Assembly: GCA_016196885.1 (NCBI GenBank) | Contig: JACPWU010000020.1 | Coordinates: 60,001 to 92,000, forward strand | Length of the DNA: 32,000 nucleotides | Direction of reading: 5' to 3' | From: Chlamydiota bacterium | Lineage (GTDB): Bacteria > Auribacterota > JACPWU01 | Shown here: piece by piece, positions 8,801-16,297 of the stretch | How positions within the stretch are numbered: position 1 is the stretch's first letter | Layout of the letters: every line of letters begins with the position of its first letter | Made by a program: the position numbers and the translations under genes | Notes under the pieces: model-generated | What the model was told of the DNA's origin: nothing | What the model saw: only the letters and a program-made list of their open reading frames with translations | Database searches by the model: none

Positions 8801-9286
8801 CCCCATCGCCTTCAGGGCCTCTTCTTCCTGATGGTTGATGTAAAGATAGTTCACTTCGCCTTTCAGGCAGCCCGAGAGTGCAATCAGGCCTTTAGAATAT
8901 TTCTGAAGAATCTCTTTATCCACGCGAGGCCGGTAATAAAAACCTTCTAAATAGGCAAGGGTTGCCAATTGCATGAGGTTTTGATAGCCCGTGAAATCTT
9001 GGGCCAGAAGAATCATGTGATAGGAAGCCTCTTTGATGTTATGGCTCTTCTTTTCAAAGCGACTGGAGGGGCTCACATAAATTTCGCAGCCGATGATCGG
9101 CTTGACTCCCAGTCCCTTGGCCTTCTCATAAAATTCAATCACGCCAAAGAGATTCCCATGATCTGTCTGAGCCACCGCCGTCATGCCAGAATCTTTCACT
9201 TTCTGAATCAATTCCTCATGGCGGGCCGCACCATCCAAGATGCTGTATTCGGAATGTAAATGAAGATGAACAAATTCTGGTTTCAT
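5798..9286 (-). CDS. dnaE: DNA polymerase III alpha subunit
   Basis: PHP-domain N-terminus FVHLHLHSEYSILDGA, a polymerase core (GLLKIDFLGLRTLT, HAAGIVIS) and a C-terminal OB region. It is 1162 aa from ATG 9286. The track start 9322 lies inside the upstream hairpin arm. Confidence 0.92.
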   Translation of the reverse strand: MKPEFVHLHLHSEYSILDGAARHEELIQKVKDSGMTAVAQTDHGNLFGVIEFYEKAKGLGVKPIIGCEIYVSPSSRFEKKSHNIKEASYHMILLAQDFTGYQNLMQLATLAYLEGFYYRPRVDKEILQKYSKGLIALSGCLKGEVNYLYINHQEEEALKAMGEYREIFKGNYYLELQDHGIPDQQKANRWLFEQSKKQNIPLVVTNDCHYVEQKDHDAHDILLCIQTGSALQDQNRLRFQGDQFFIKSPQEMWDKFREVPEALKATLQIADRCNLDLSFNEMHLPQYVPPVGVMQSDFLKKLCEEGLQKRYGTATREIRERLEFELKVIEEMKFVSYFLIVWDFIQFAKKNDIPVGPGRGSAAGSLVAYLLEITDIDPLSYGLIFERFLNLNRITLPDIDIDFCDERRGEVIEYVTKKYGADNVAQIITFGTMGAKAVIRDVGRVMSRPYTEVDRIAKLIPFAPKITLKDALEMEPQFKKRYEEEEEVRDLVDKAFRLEGMVRNVSIHAAGIVISEKPLSEFVPLYKGTNGEVTTQYPMEAIEKIGLLKIDFLGLRTLTVIHDTLKIVERTQERHLDIGQISLSDPRTFALLNRADTAGVFQLESGGMRDLAKRMGMDRFEDLIALVALYRPGPMHMVEDFIARKHGKVKVQYDHPLLESILKETYGIMLYQEQVMTVAKVMAHFTMAQGDHLRRIMGKKIEHKMIEQKNIFVEGCLKNNIARSIAEKVFDLMAYFAGYGFNKSHSAAYALIAYRTAYLKANFPVEYMTALLSSEANNTDKLVKYINECKEMGIHILPPDVNESFEKFTVVGKDIRFGLAAVKNVGSAVVQLIIEERVKRGKFLSFEDFLNRVDQKVANRKVLESLIRCGVFDSFKVKRSQLMAVLDQALLSSSRTRQDILKGQSTLFELLEGGQGQDKITFPNIPEWDEADILKSEKELLGFYVTGHPLTRVSHLLKLFRTDTTQSLYDRQDGVDVALGGILGKIQIKTTKKGDKMALVSFEDLEGLIEAVIYPKIFEKISGMVQEDKICFVEGKLELKEEAVKVIVNNLVLLEDAPKIYTQSIYLQLKMNQSKSEDLDKIQTELLRFKGECPVYINFAFPDGGKITVSTSPKFKIEPTAEVILRLKEVLGEEAVSVKRNKIVHVDRFDAKGRTSNFVLRT

Positions 9287-9294
9287 AAAAAGGC

Positions 9295-9375
9295 CGTGCT
9301 TCGTACATCGTTCTTCGTACATCGTAAAAAATCATTCATCAAACACGAACGAAGTACGACGTACGCTGCACGAAG
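9295..9375. repeat. Heptamer-periodic imperfect hairpin between guaA and dnaE
   Basis: 9295-9325 reads cgtgctt|cgtacat|cgttctt|cgtacat|cgt. 9345-9375 reads acgaacg|aagtacg|acgtacg|ctgcacg|aag, the complementary word set. By-eye pairing is about 21 of 26 positions, and the loop aaaaaatcattcatcaaac is A/T-rich. Confidence 0.8.
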
Positions 9376-9384
9376 AACTGTTTT

Positions 9385-10941
9385 TCATTCCCATTCAATC
9401 GTGCTGGGGGGTTTAGAGCTGATGTCATAAACCACGCGATTGATTCCCTTGACCTCATTGATGATTCGATTTGAGATTTGGGCCAGCAAGTCGTAAGGAA
9501 GCCTCACCCAGTCGGCCGTCATCCCGTCGAGACTGCTCACCACGCGAAGGGCAATCACATTTTCATAGGTTCGCCCATCCCCCATCACCCCGACTGTTTT
9601 CACGGGCAGCAGTACGGCAAAAGACTGCCACACCTTTCGGTAGAATTCAGCCTTCCGGATCTCATCCATGACAATGACGTCCGCCTTTCTCAAAATTTCG
9701 AGACGCTCTTTCGTCACTTCCCCAATCACTCGAATGGCCAAGCCAGGCCCCGGGAAAGGTTGCCGCATCAAAATCTCATCGCTCATGCCCAGCTCTTTTC
9801 CCAAAAGTCTCACCTCATCCTTAAAAAGATCTCGCAAGGGCTCTACCAATTCAAATGCCAAATCTTTGGGAAGTCCTCCGACATTGTGATGTGTCTTAAT
9901 CGTCGCCGAAGGCCCTCCAAATGCTGACACACTCTCGATCACATCGGGATAAAGGGTTCCCTGGGCTAAAAATTTTACCTTTCCCAATTTTCGAACCTCC
10001 TCCTCAAAAACGCGGATGAAAGTCTCTCCAATTTTTTTGCGCTTCAGTTCAGGATCCGTCACCCCTTCTAAATTTTTTAAAAATTTTTCCGACGCATCTG
10101 CATAAACCAAATCAATGTGAAAATGATTTTGAAAAGTCTGAATGACTTTTTCTGCCTCACCCAAACGCAGAAGTCCATTGTTCACAAAAATACAGACCAA
10201 CTGATCCCCAATGGCTTGGTGAAGAAGCATCGCGGTCACAGAAGAATCCACCCCACCACTCAAGCCGCAAATCACCCTTTCTCGAGCGAGACGTTTTTTT
10301 AACTGGGCAATTTCATTTTGAACGAAGGATTTCATATCCCAAGATTTAGAACACTCACATATTTTAAAAAGAAAATTTTGGATGATTTGAGCGCCCTCTT
10401 CTGTATGAACCACCTCCGGATGAAATTGAAGACCATAAAGTTTTCTCTTTTGATCTCCCAGCGCAGCCATGGAAGTATTCGAGGTATGAGCCAACACCTT
10501 AAAGCCATTGATAGCTTCGGACACTTGATCGCCATGGCTCATCCAAACCACACCTTGACGGGAAAGTCCTTCCAAAAGGATGTCTGGGTCATCCAGGAGA
10601 AGCTCTGCCTTTCCATATTCCCGGCGCCCACTGGGTGTCACCTTTGCGCCCAGAAGCTGAGCCATGAGCTGCATTCCATAGCAAATGCCTAGAACAGGAA
10701 CTCCCCATTTAAAAATTCTCTCATCACATTGGGGGGCTCCCTTTTCATAAACACTGGAGGGTCCTCCGGATAAGACAATTCCTTTAGGAGAAAGTTTTTT
10801 AATTTCTTCAAAAGAAACATGGCAGGGAAAAACTCTTGAAAAAACACCGTTCTCACGAATCCGACGGGCGATAAGTTGTGTATACTGGGACCCAAAATCT
10901 AAAATAGCTATCAACTCTTTTTCGATGGAGGATTGATTCAT
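9385..10941 (-). CDS. guaA: GMP synthase (glutamine-hydrolysing)
   Basis: GATase domain with [14 protein letters not shown]-pyrophosphatase motif LSGGVDSS, and C-terminus [20 protein letters not shown] lies 8 nt upstream of the ATG. Confidence 0.92.
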   Translation of the reverse strand: MNQSSIEKELIAILDFGSQYTQLIARRIRENGVFSRVFPCHVSFEEIKKLSPKGIVLSGGPSSVYEKGAPQCDERIFKWGVPVLGICYGMQLMAQLLGAKVTPSGRREYGKAELLLDDPDILLEGLSRQGVVWMSHGDQVSEAINGFKVLAHTSNTSMAALGDQKRKLYGLQFHPEVVHTEEGAQIIQNFLFKICECSKSWDMKSFVQNEIAQLKKRLARERVICGLSGGVDSSVTAMLLHQAIGDQLVCIFVNNGLLRLGEAEKVIQTFQNHFHIDLVYADASEKFLKNLEGVTDPELKRKKIGETFIRVFEEEVRKLGKVKFLAQGTLYPDVIESVSAFGGPSATIKTHHNVGGLPKDLAFELVEPLRDLFKDEVRLLGKELGMSDEILMRQPFPGPGLAIRVIGEVTKERLEILRKADVIVMDEIRKAEFYRKVWQSFAVLLPVKTVGVMGDGRTYENVIALRVVSSLDGMTADWVRLPYDLLAQISNRIINEVKGINRVVYDISSKPPSTIEWE

Positions 10942-10961
10942 ACTTATACCTCTTTACCATT

Positions 10962-11097
10962 CAGTAGCGGGTGGCCCGACTGGGGGCCCCCCATCAGACG
11001 CCAGCAGGTGGAGGCAAAAACCATTAAGTCAAAATTTAAAGTGGTTTCGACACCGATGCCACTGATGGGGGTGAGGAGGGACAGGACTCGCTACGCT
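10962..11097 (-). other. GC-rich, highly self-complementary spacer between guaB3-like and guaA (candidate structured RNA leader or processing element)
   Basis: Nested complementary segments: gtagcg (10964-10969) with cgctac (11089-11094); ccccatcag (10990-10998) with ctgatgggg (11062-11070); and a ggccc-gactgg-gggcc hairpin near 10973-10988. The region is visibly more G+C-rich than its flanks. Confidence 0.35.
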
Positions 11098-11099
11098 TC

Positions 11100-12260
11100 T
11101 TACTTCCCCATTCCCACCCTCTGCGCCTTTTGAAAAATTTTGCCTTCTGTTTGAATCGCAGGGGCAATGATAACCTCTGTCAATTGCATCTCGCGAATAT
11201 TTTTTGCACCTAAATTGCCCATGGAAGTTCTGAGGGCTCCAACCAAGTTCTGCGATCCATCATCTAATTGGGCAGGCCCATAAAGAATTTGTTCCAGGCT
11301 TCCCGTCGTCCCCACATGAATGCGCGTCCCACGGGGCAGATTGGCATGAGGGGTGGCCATCCCCCAGTGAAAACCTCGGCCCGGCGCCTCTTTCGCCTTT
11401 GCAAAGGCACTTCCCACCATCACGGCATCTGCACCGCAAGCGATGGCCTTGCAAATATCGCCTCCTACACTCATTCCTCCATCTGCAATGATCGGCACAT
11501 ACCGGGCATGCTGCTTAAAATAAAAATCCCGGGCTGCTGAACAATCCACAATGGAGGTCACCTGCGGAACTCCAATCCCCAAGACCCCTCTCGTCGTACA
11601 GGCAGCCCCCGGCCCAATCCCGACCAAAAGGCCTGCAATCCCCGTTTCCATCAACCCCAAAGCCGTCTTGTATGAAACGGTATTTCCTACAACAATAGGC
11701 ACCTTTGTTTTTTTACACAATTTCTCAAAATCTAACGTCTTATATTCTTTTGAAACATGTTTCACGGTGGACACAGTAGACTGAACAATAAAGATATCTA
11801 CACCCGCAGCACTTGCAATTTCAAAAAATTTCTCAGCCCTCTGGGGAATAGAAGAAACAATCGCAGGGGCTCCTCCCTTTTTAATTTCTTCTACCCTCTT
11901 TGCGATTAATTCCTCTTTAATGGGCTCTACATAAAGTTCCTGAACCAGCTTCGTCGCCTTCTCCACAGTGGCCTTCGCGATCTCGTCTAATACCACATCA
12001 GGTTTTTCATAACGGGTTTGTACCCCTTCTAAATTTAATACGGCGAGCCCTCCAAATTTACCCATTTTGACGGCAAAGGCACAATCCACCACCCCATCCA
12101 TGGCAGCCGCAATGATCGGGACCTCGAAACGCTTGCCTCCCAATTCCCACGAACTGTCCACTTCGTTCGGATTGACCGTCACCTCACCCGGAACCAAGGC
12201 AATCTCGTCAAACCCATAACAACGTCTGGCCTTTCGCCCAATTCCAATCCATTCCCCCAT
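11100..12260 (-). CDS. IMP dehydrogenase family protein without a CBS pair (GuaB3-like)
   Basis: Motifs are CYGFDEIALVPGE, PIIAAAMDGVVD, the catalytic-loop-like GIGPGAACTTR, and IIADGGM. It is 386 aa, against about 485 aa for canonical IMPDH. AGGAGGA lies upstream of the ATG. Confidence 0.8.
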   Translation of the reverse strand: MGEWIGIGRKARRCYGFDEIALVPGEVTVNPNEVDSSWELGGKRFEVPIIAAAMDGVVDCAFAVKMGKFGGLAVLNLEGVQTRYEKPDVVLDEIAKATVEKATKLVQELYVEPIKEELIAKRVEEIKKGGAPAIVSSIPQRAEKFFEIASAAGVDIFIVQSTVSTVKHVSKEYKTLDFEKLCKKTKVPIVVGNTVSYKTALGLMETGIAGLLVGIGPGAACTTRGVLGIGVPQVTSIVDCSAARDFYFKQHARYVPIIADGGMSVGGDICKAIACGADAVMVGSAFAKAKEAPGRGFHWGMATPHANLPRGTRIHVGTTGSLEQILYGPAQLDDGSQNLVGALRTSMGNLGAKNIREMQLTEVIIAPAIQTEGKIFQKAQRVGMGK

Positions 12261-12328
12261 GATCCCAAATCCTCCTCTTTAATTGAACGTGAAGCGTATC
12301 GTGTGAAATCAAGAAAAGCAATGATTTT

Positions 12329-12580
12329 TTACCCTGTTTTCACCTCTTCATTCGCATCATTAAAACTACCGCACTGTGGACATTTTGAAAGAGTCTCATC
12401 TCTCTCAACGATATAGGAATGTGCGCAGATCTTACAACGGTAAATCACCTTCTCAATCGGACTAAAATTCCTTGCCTTTTTGCGATATTCATAATAAATC
12501 CAGGCAAAAAAGAGCCCTGAGAGGGAGAGAATTAAATAAATTAAAAAGGCTGTAGACAAATCTACTTCAAACATCGCCAT
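12329..12580 (-). CDS. Small membrane-anchored zinc-ribbon protein (hypothetical)
   Basis: 83 aa. TM helix AFLIYLILSLSGLFFAWIYY, then CKIC...(14 aa)...CPQC. It is co-directional with the guaB3-guaA operon. Confidence 0.55.
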   Translation of the reverse strand: MAMFEVDLSTAFLIYLILSLSGLFFAWIYYEYRKKARNFSPIEKVIYRCKICAHSYIVERDETLSKCPQCGSFNDANEEVKTG

Positions 12581-12582
12581 AC

Positions 12583-12617
12583 CGTCGTTCGTGAAACGTA
12601 AAGCGTCGTTCGTTTCT
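12583..12617. repeat. Five tandem degenerate heptamers cgtcgtt|cgtgaaa|cgtaaag|cgtcgtt|cgtttct
   Basis: Read directly. cgtcgttcgt recurs at 12583 and 12604, which is 21 nt (3 x 7) apart. It lies immediately upstream of the small zinc-ribbon CDS. Confidence 0.75.
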
Positions 12618-12691
12618 TACTAAGGAGGCCATATCCCACTCTACATGAATAATATTTCTGGTTATGGTTTTTAACCTTTTTATCCCATGTT

Positions 12692-12722
12692 TTTATAGTC
12701 CCTGTGGGATTAGTACTGTCAG
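12692..12722 (-). promoter_or_regulatory. Possible sigma70-type promoter for the small-ORF/guaB3/guaA transcription unit
   Basis: The minus strand reads CTGACA (12722..12717), then a 19-nt spacer, then TATAAA (12697..12692). The spacing is longer than optimal, so this is weak. Confidence 0.2.
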
Positions 12723-12778
12723 AATTTATGAATAGAACTTAATGAACTGACCTGTAACTTACGACAAAAACTTTTCCT

Positions 12779-13486
12779 TCACCTCTTCAACCTAAACTTA
12801 AACAAAAGTTCTCCCCATTGAGATTCTGAAATTTCCCCTTTCAAACTCTCAAATCTCCATTCCTTCATCGCACGAATCACCTCGACATCTACCTCTGGAT
12901 ACCCCGAAGAATCCTCTACCCAAACCCGTTCAACGTCCCCTTTTAAATTCACCCAAAACCTGACCCTGACCTCAAATTCAAGGCCATAAAGTTGTGCCCA
13001 ATCAGGATAAACAGGATACGGGTGAGAGAGTACCTGCCTTTTCCCGACCGGGCCTTCAATCTCAGGAACATTTTGCTCTCCCGCAACCTCTTCCCCTGAG
13101 GCAGTTTTTTTCTTCCATGAAGATGAGTCCACAGAATTCGAAGTAGAAACAAAATTTTGATCCTGGATATGGGCCTTAGGAAGCTCCAAAAAATGGGACG
13201 CAAGAGGGCGCTTTTTAAAATGACCTTCCTTCTCTAAACTTTCAAAATGAAGTGGAGATTCAAAAATATCCTTTTCTTCCCCTGATTCCCCCGGCAATTC
13301 CATCCTCGGCTCCATCCATTTGGACTCAAAAAGCCCCACTTGAATATATTCCGAGGGAGAAGCCGCCTGAGCGGTTCTGATCCTCATTAAAAAAAAACCC
13401 ATCCCATGAAGGATGAAGGAAAAAATGAGAGAGAAGGGAAAAATTCTATCTTTCAAATAAATTTTCACGGCTGCCTCTCTCCCCAT
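12779..13486 (-). CDS. tonB: TonB-family energy transducer
   Basis: N-terminal TM FPFSLIFSFILHGMGFFLM, an acidic/proline linker, and a C-terminal TonB domain (PYPVYPDWAQLYGLEFEVRVRFWVNLKGDVERVWVEDSSGYPEVD). It overlaps the exbD stop by 22 nt. Confidence 0.8.
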   Translation of the reverse strand: MGREAAVKIYLKDRIFPFSLIFSFILHGMGFFLMRIRTAQAASPSEYIQVGLFESKWMEPRMELPGESGEEKDIFESPLHFESLEKEGHFKKRPLASHFLELPKAHIQDQNFVSTSNSVDSSSWKKKTASGEEVAGEQNVPEIEGPVGKRQVLSHPYPVYPDWAQLYGLEFEVRVRFWVNLKGDVERVWVEDSSGYPEVDVEVIRAMKEWRFESLKGEISESQWGELLFKFRLKR

Positions 13487-13875
13487 TTCGGTTTAGTCGC
13501 AATCGCGATGCGAGAAATTCCGCTTTCCTTGGCCTCCGACATCACCTGCACCACCGTTCCATGCTCTGCCTTTTCATCCGCTTTGATGATCAATAAATCT
13601 TTGGAAGGCACTTCTCTTAATCTCTGAGACAAATCCTTTAATTTTATTTCTCTATCTTCAAAAAAAATCTTTCCATCTCTTCTCACCACGACAGACAAGC
13701 CAGACGGCTTCTCACTTCCAGGCAACTTGACAGAGGGAAGCTCAACTTTAATCCCTGGCTGTAAGACAAAACTGGAAGAAAGCATAAAAAAAATGATGAG
13801 CTGAAAGACGACATCAATGAGAGGCGTCATATCCAAGCGACCTTTTTCAACTTTTAAATTTGTCTTGAATCGCAT
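13465..13875 (-). CDS. exbD: ExbD/TolR biopolymer transport protein
   Basis: 136 aa. LDMTPLIDVVFQLIIFFM TM motif and a periplasmic domain ending VMSEAKESGISRIAIA. Confidence 0.88.
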   Translation of the reverse strand: MRFKTNLKVEKGRLDMTPLIDVVFQLIIFFMLSSSFVLQPGIKVELPSVKLPGSEKPSGLSVVVRRDGKIFFEDREIKLKDLSQRLREVPSKDLLIIKADEKAEHGTVVQVMSEAKESGISRIAIATKPKWGERQP

Positions 13876-13947
13876 AAAATTACTCTTTAAGTGTTGTACG
13901 AAATATCGTGCAGCTTGCTAATATAAACGTAATAAATATTGCAACAT

Positions 13948-14061
13948 TGTCATCCCCGAGTGCTTTTGTCGGGGATCCAAGTATCCTGTCCAGATATTTC
14001 TAAGAAATGGATTCCCGCTTACCCCGCAGGGGCTATTTCGTTGAAACCTGCGGGAATGACA
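13948..14061. repeat. REP-like GC-rich multi-hairpin element in the exbB-exbD spacer
   Basis: atccccga (13952-13959) pairs with tcggggat (13969-13976). attcccgc (14011-14018) pairs with gcgggaat (14050-14057) and encloses cccc-gca-gggg (14022-14032). The outer pair is tgtcat (13948-13953) with atgaca (14056-14061). Confidence 0.7.
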
Positions 14062-14090
14062 TTACTTGTAATCATGTAAATATATTTGTA

Positions 14091-14702
14091 TTAACTTTCT
14101 TCCCCATGCAAAATCTTCATCAACTGATTCGCGCTCTCTTCCATATCCACCACAAAACCCTCAACCCGTGAAACCAAATAATTGTAGGCCACATAGGCTG
14201 GAATCGCGACCACCAAACCGGCCGCCGTCGTGATCAAAGCCTCCCAAATCCCTGCTGCCAAATCACCTGGGTTTACAACACCTTGCAATTGCTGAATTTT
14301 CATAAAACATTTAATCATTCCTGTCACCGTTCCTAAAAGCCCCAGCAAAGGCTCCACATGGGCAATCGTCGCTAAGACATTCAAATTCCTTTCAAGCCTA
14401 GGGATTTCATGACGCCCAGCCTCCTCTAACACACCTTTGACTTCAACTTTCCCCTGGTCGTGCTTAGAAATTCCCTCCTTTAAAATATGCGCAATGGGTC
14501 CCGGTGTATGATCACAAATGGAAATCGCCTCGACAATATTTCCCTTTTTAAGAATATTTTTGATCCCAGACATAAATTTTTCCGCATCAATCTGAGCACG
14601 GTGAAAATGAATCAGCCTCTCGATGACAAGGGTTAACGCAAGCACCGAACCTAAAATAATGGGAACCATCACAGGCCCCCCTTTTTGAATCATGAAAAAC
14701 AT
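14091..14702 (-). CDS. exbB: MotA/TolQ/ExbB proton channel protein
   Basis: 203 aa with three TM segments. Motifs are LLGLLGTVTGMIKCF and IWEALITTAAGLVVAIPAYVAYN. AAGGAG lies upstream of the ATG. Confidence 0.88.
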   Translation of the reverse strand: MFFMIQKGGPVMVPIILGSVLALTLVIERLIHFHRAQIDAEKFMSGIKNILKKGNIVEAISICDHTPGPIAHILKEGISKHDQGKVEVKGVLEEAGRHEIPRLERNLNVLATIAHVEPLLGLLGTVTGMIKCFMKIQQLQGVVNPGDLAAGIWEALITTAAGLVVAIPAYVAYNYLVSRVEGFVVDMEESANQLMKILHGEES

Positions 14703-14732
14703 TGCGAAATCTCCTTAGAATTCATTGATAAG

Positions 14733-14758
14733 GATGTATAACCTATAGGTTATACATC
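14733..14758. repeat. Perfect 26-bp palindrome gatgtataacctataggttatacatc
   Basis: Exactly self-complementary. It overlaps the stop codon (14757-14759) of the barrel gene and lies about 20 nt upstream of the exbB Shine-Dalgarno. Confidence 0.85.
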
Positions 14759-16292
14759 AAAATTCCAATTTCATCCCGGCCTGATACTGCGTATCCGGTC
14801 CGGGATACCCTTTGAAAAAATTATACCTCTGATCTAAAATATTTAAAACTTTTGCAAAAAGCGTCATGGATTTCCATTGATAGGAGATCACACCATCCCA
14901 TAAAACATAATCTCCTATTTGCCCCGAACCTTGAACGTCAATCCATTCGCTCGACACATACGAAATATCTGTTCCCACTCCAAAACCATAAGGGCCCTTC
15001 CAATCCAACCCAACATCAAATTTAATCTCTGGCACATAGGGAACCTCGGGGGTGTCGGAATCTTTCCCATCAACCTCTTGAGCCGTTAAGCGAGAAGTAC
15101 CCGTTACACCCTCAAAAAACTTCATCTGAAGTTCAAGTCGAATCCCTTGCAAACGTGCATCCGGATGATTTCCAAAGGTGAAAAGGCCATTCTCATCTAA
15201 ATCTTGCCAAATCAACAAATCCTTCACTTCTTCTCGAAACAAAGAAAGAGACCCTTTCAATCTCTCATTAAAAAGGTAAGAACCCATCCAATCCCCTTCC
15301 AAAGAACGCTGCGGCCGAATTTCCTCTAAATTGCCCTCTACATCATATTCTGCAAGATAAGACTCGCTCCAATTCCTCACCAAAAAATCCTTATGAAAGC
15401 TCCATATAAATGAAAGGCGATCCGTCGCAACCCATGTTAATGAAATTTTAGGATCGTAGCGAACCTGCATACCTTCATAATAATCAAGGGCAAGATCGCC
15501 TTCCAAGAAGAGATTGTCTCCCAGAGGCCAGTCAGAAAAACCGACTGCTGCGGACATCTTTTGGTAGGAATAGAAATTTTCAAGACGCTCGGACGACACA
15601 TCCAAACCTAATTTCAAAAAATGATGCATCAAAGTGAACGACACCCCCAGCAAAGGATCATCCAGACTTTCCTCCAAGGGATCTTCATCGGTACGGGAGA
15701 GTGTTCCATAACCATGAAGAGCTACATTTTCAAATTTTGCTGCATGCCATTCAAGACCCGCATCAAAATCAATCACCTGATTTTTCCGTGTTGCCAAGGG
15801 AGTCACTTGGAAAATGGGACCTGGCAATTCCATTTTCTTCTGAAAAAAGCCGAATTCCCCCGTAAAGCGTAAATCATCCTTTAATTGTAAGCCAATTGAA
15901 CCCGTTGGAGAAATTAAATCTTCACTGGCGTGATTTCGATAACCATCGCTTCGGGCATATTTAAACTCTGTCAAATAGTCCAAATCCTTTTCGCTCCCGG
16001 CCAAATCTATCCTAGAGGTAAAAGTTCCATAACGCCCCCCCGTCAAGGAAATGCTTTTAAAAGAACGTTTTTTTATTCCGGAAGATTCAAAACGACTTTC
16101 ATCATAGAGAACTTCACCCTTCTCGCAATTCGAGGTGTGATCCTCAAAACTGCCTGTGGATTCAAATTCTGAAACATCCTTTCCTAAAATGGTGATTTCA
16201 GGAAGGTCAAAATCCCCTTTTTCGTCGGCACAGGCCGCTCTTAAAAATCCTATCCCCATGGCACAGCATAAAAATCCCAAGATGGTTTTCAT
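14757..16292 (-). CDS. Outer-membrane beta-barrel protein, short TonB-dependent-receptor-like
   Basis: Signal peptide MKTILGFLCCAMGIGFLRAACA, amphipathic beta-strand pattern, and a TBDR-type C-terminus LNILDQRYNFFKGYPGPDTQYQAGMKLEF ending in Phe. At 511 aa it is short for a plug plus 22-strand receptor. Confidence 0.65.
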   Translation of the reverse strand: MKTILGFLCCAMGIGFLRAACADEKGDFDLPEITILGKDVSEFESTGSFEDHTSNCEKGEVLYDESRFESSGIKKRSFKSISLTGGRYGTFTSRIDLAGSEKDLDYLTEFKYARSDGYRNHASEDLISPTGSIGLQLKDDLRFTGEFGFFQKKMELPGPIFQVTPLATRKNQVIDFDAGLEWHAAKFENVALHGYGTLSRTDEDPLEESLDDPLLGVSFTLMHHFLKLGLDVSSERLENFYSYQKMSAAVGFSDWPLGDNLFLEGDLALDYYEGMQVRYDPKISLTWVATDRLSFIWSFHKDFLVRNWSESYLAEYDVEGNLEEIRPQRSLEGDWMGSYLFNERLKGSLSLFREEVKDLLIWQDLDENGLFTFGNHPDARLQGIRLELQMKFFEGVTGTSRLTAQEVDGKDSDTPEVPYVPEIKFDVGLDWKGPYGFGVGTDISYVSSEWIDVQGSGQIGDYVLWDGVISYQWKSMTLFAKVLNILDQRYNFFKGYPGPDTQYQAGMKLEF

Positions 16293-16297
16293 GATTT

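Noticed and set aside
6902-9259. Numerous 60-170-aa ORFs lie antisense or out of frame inside dnaE. Similar ORFs occur inside guaA, guaB3, the TPR gene, uvrA, smc, folD, the SPL-like gene and the transposase (for example 541..786 and 635..883).
   Set aside because: They are shadow ORFs nested in long, motif-supported genes. They show low-complexity or biased composition, have no SD and carry no recognisable domains.
10962-11097. A guanine/purine riboswitch upstream of guaA.
   Set aside because: The purine-riboswitch loop and junction signature (UAUAAU...GGAUAUGG...CCGUAAAU...GACUA) is absent. The helices here are much more GC-rich and longer.
12621-12628. A perfect TAAGGAGG on the plus strand, suggesting an unannotated plus-strand gene.
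   Set aside because: The nearest ATG (12645) is 16 nt away and opens only a 9-codon ORF. The sequence is more plausibly part of the minus-strand leader, where it would read as an anti-SD-like CCUCCUUA.
14733-14758. A Fur box, given the location next to exbB-exbD-tonB.
   Set aside because: The palindrome does not resemble GATAATGATAATCATTATC beyond being AT-rich, and its half-site length (13) differs. It is kept only as a generic operator or hairpin candidate.
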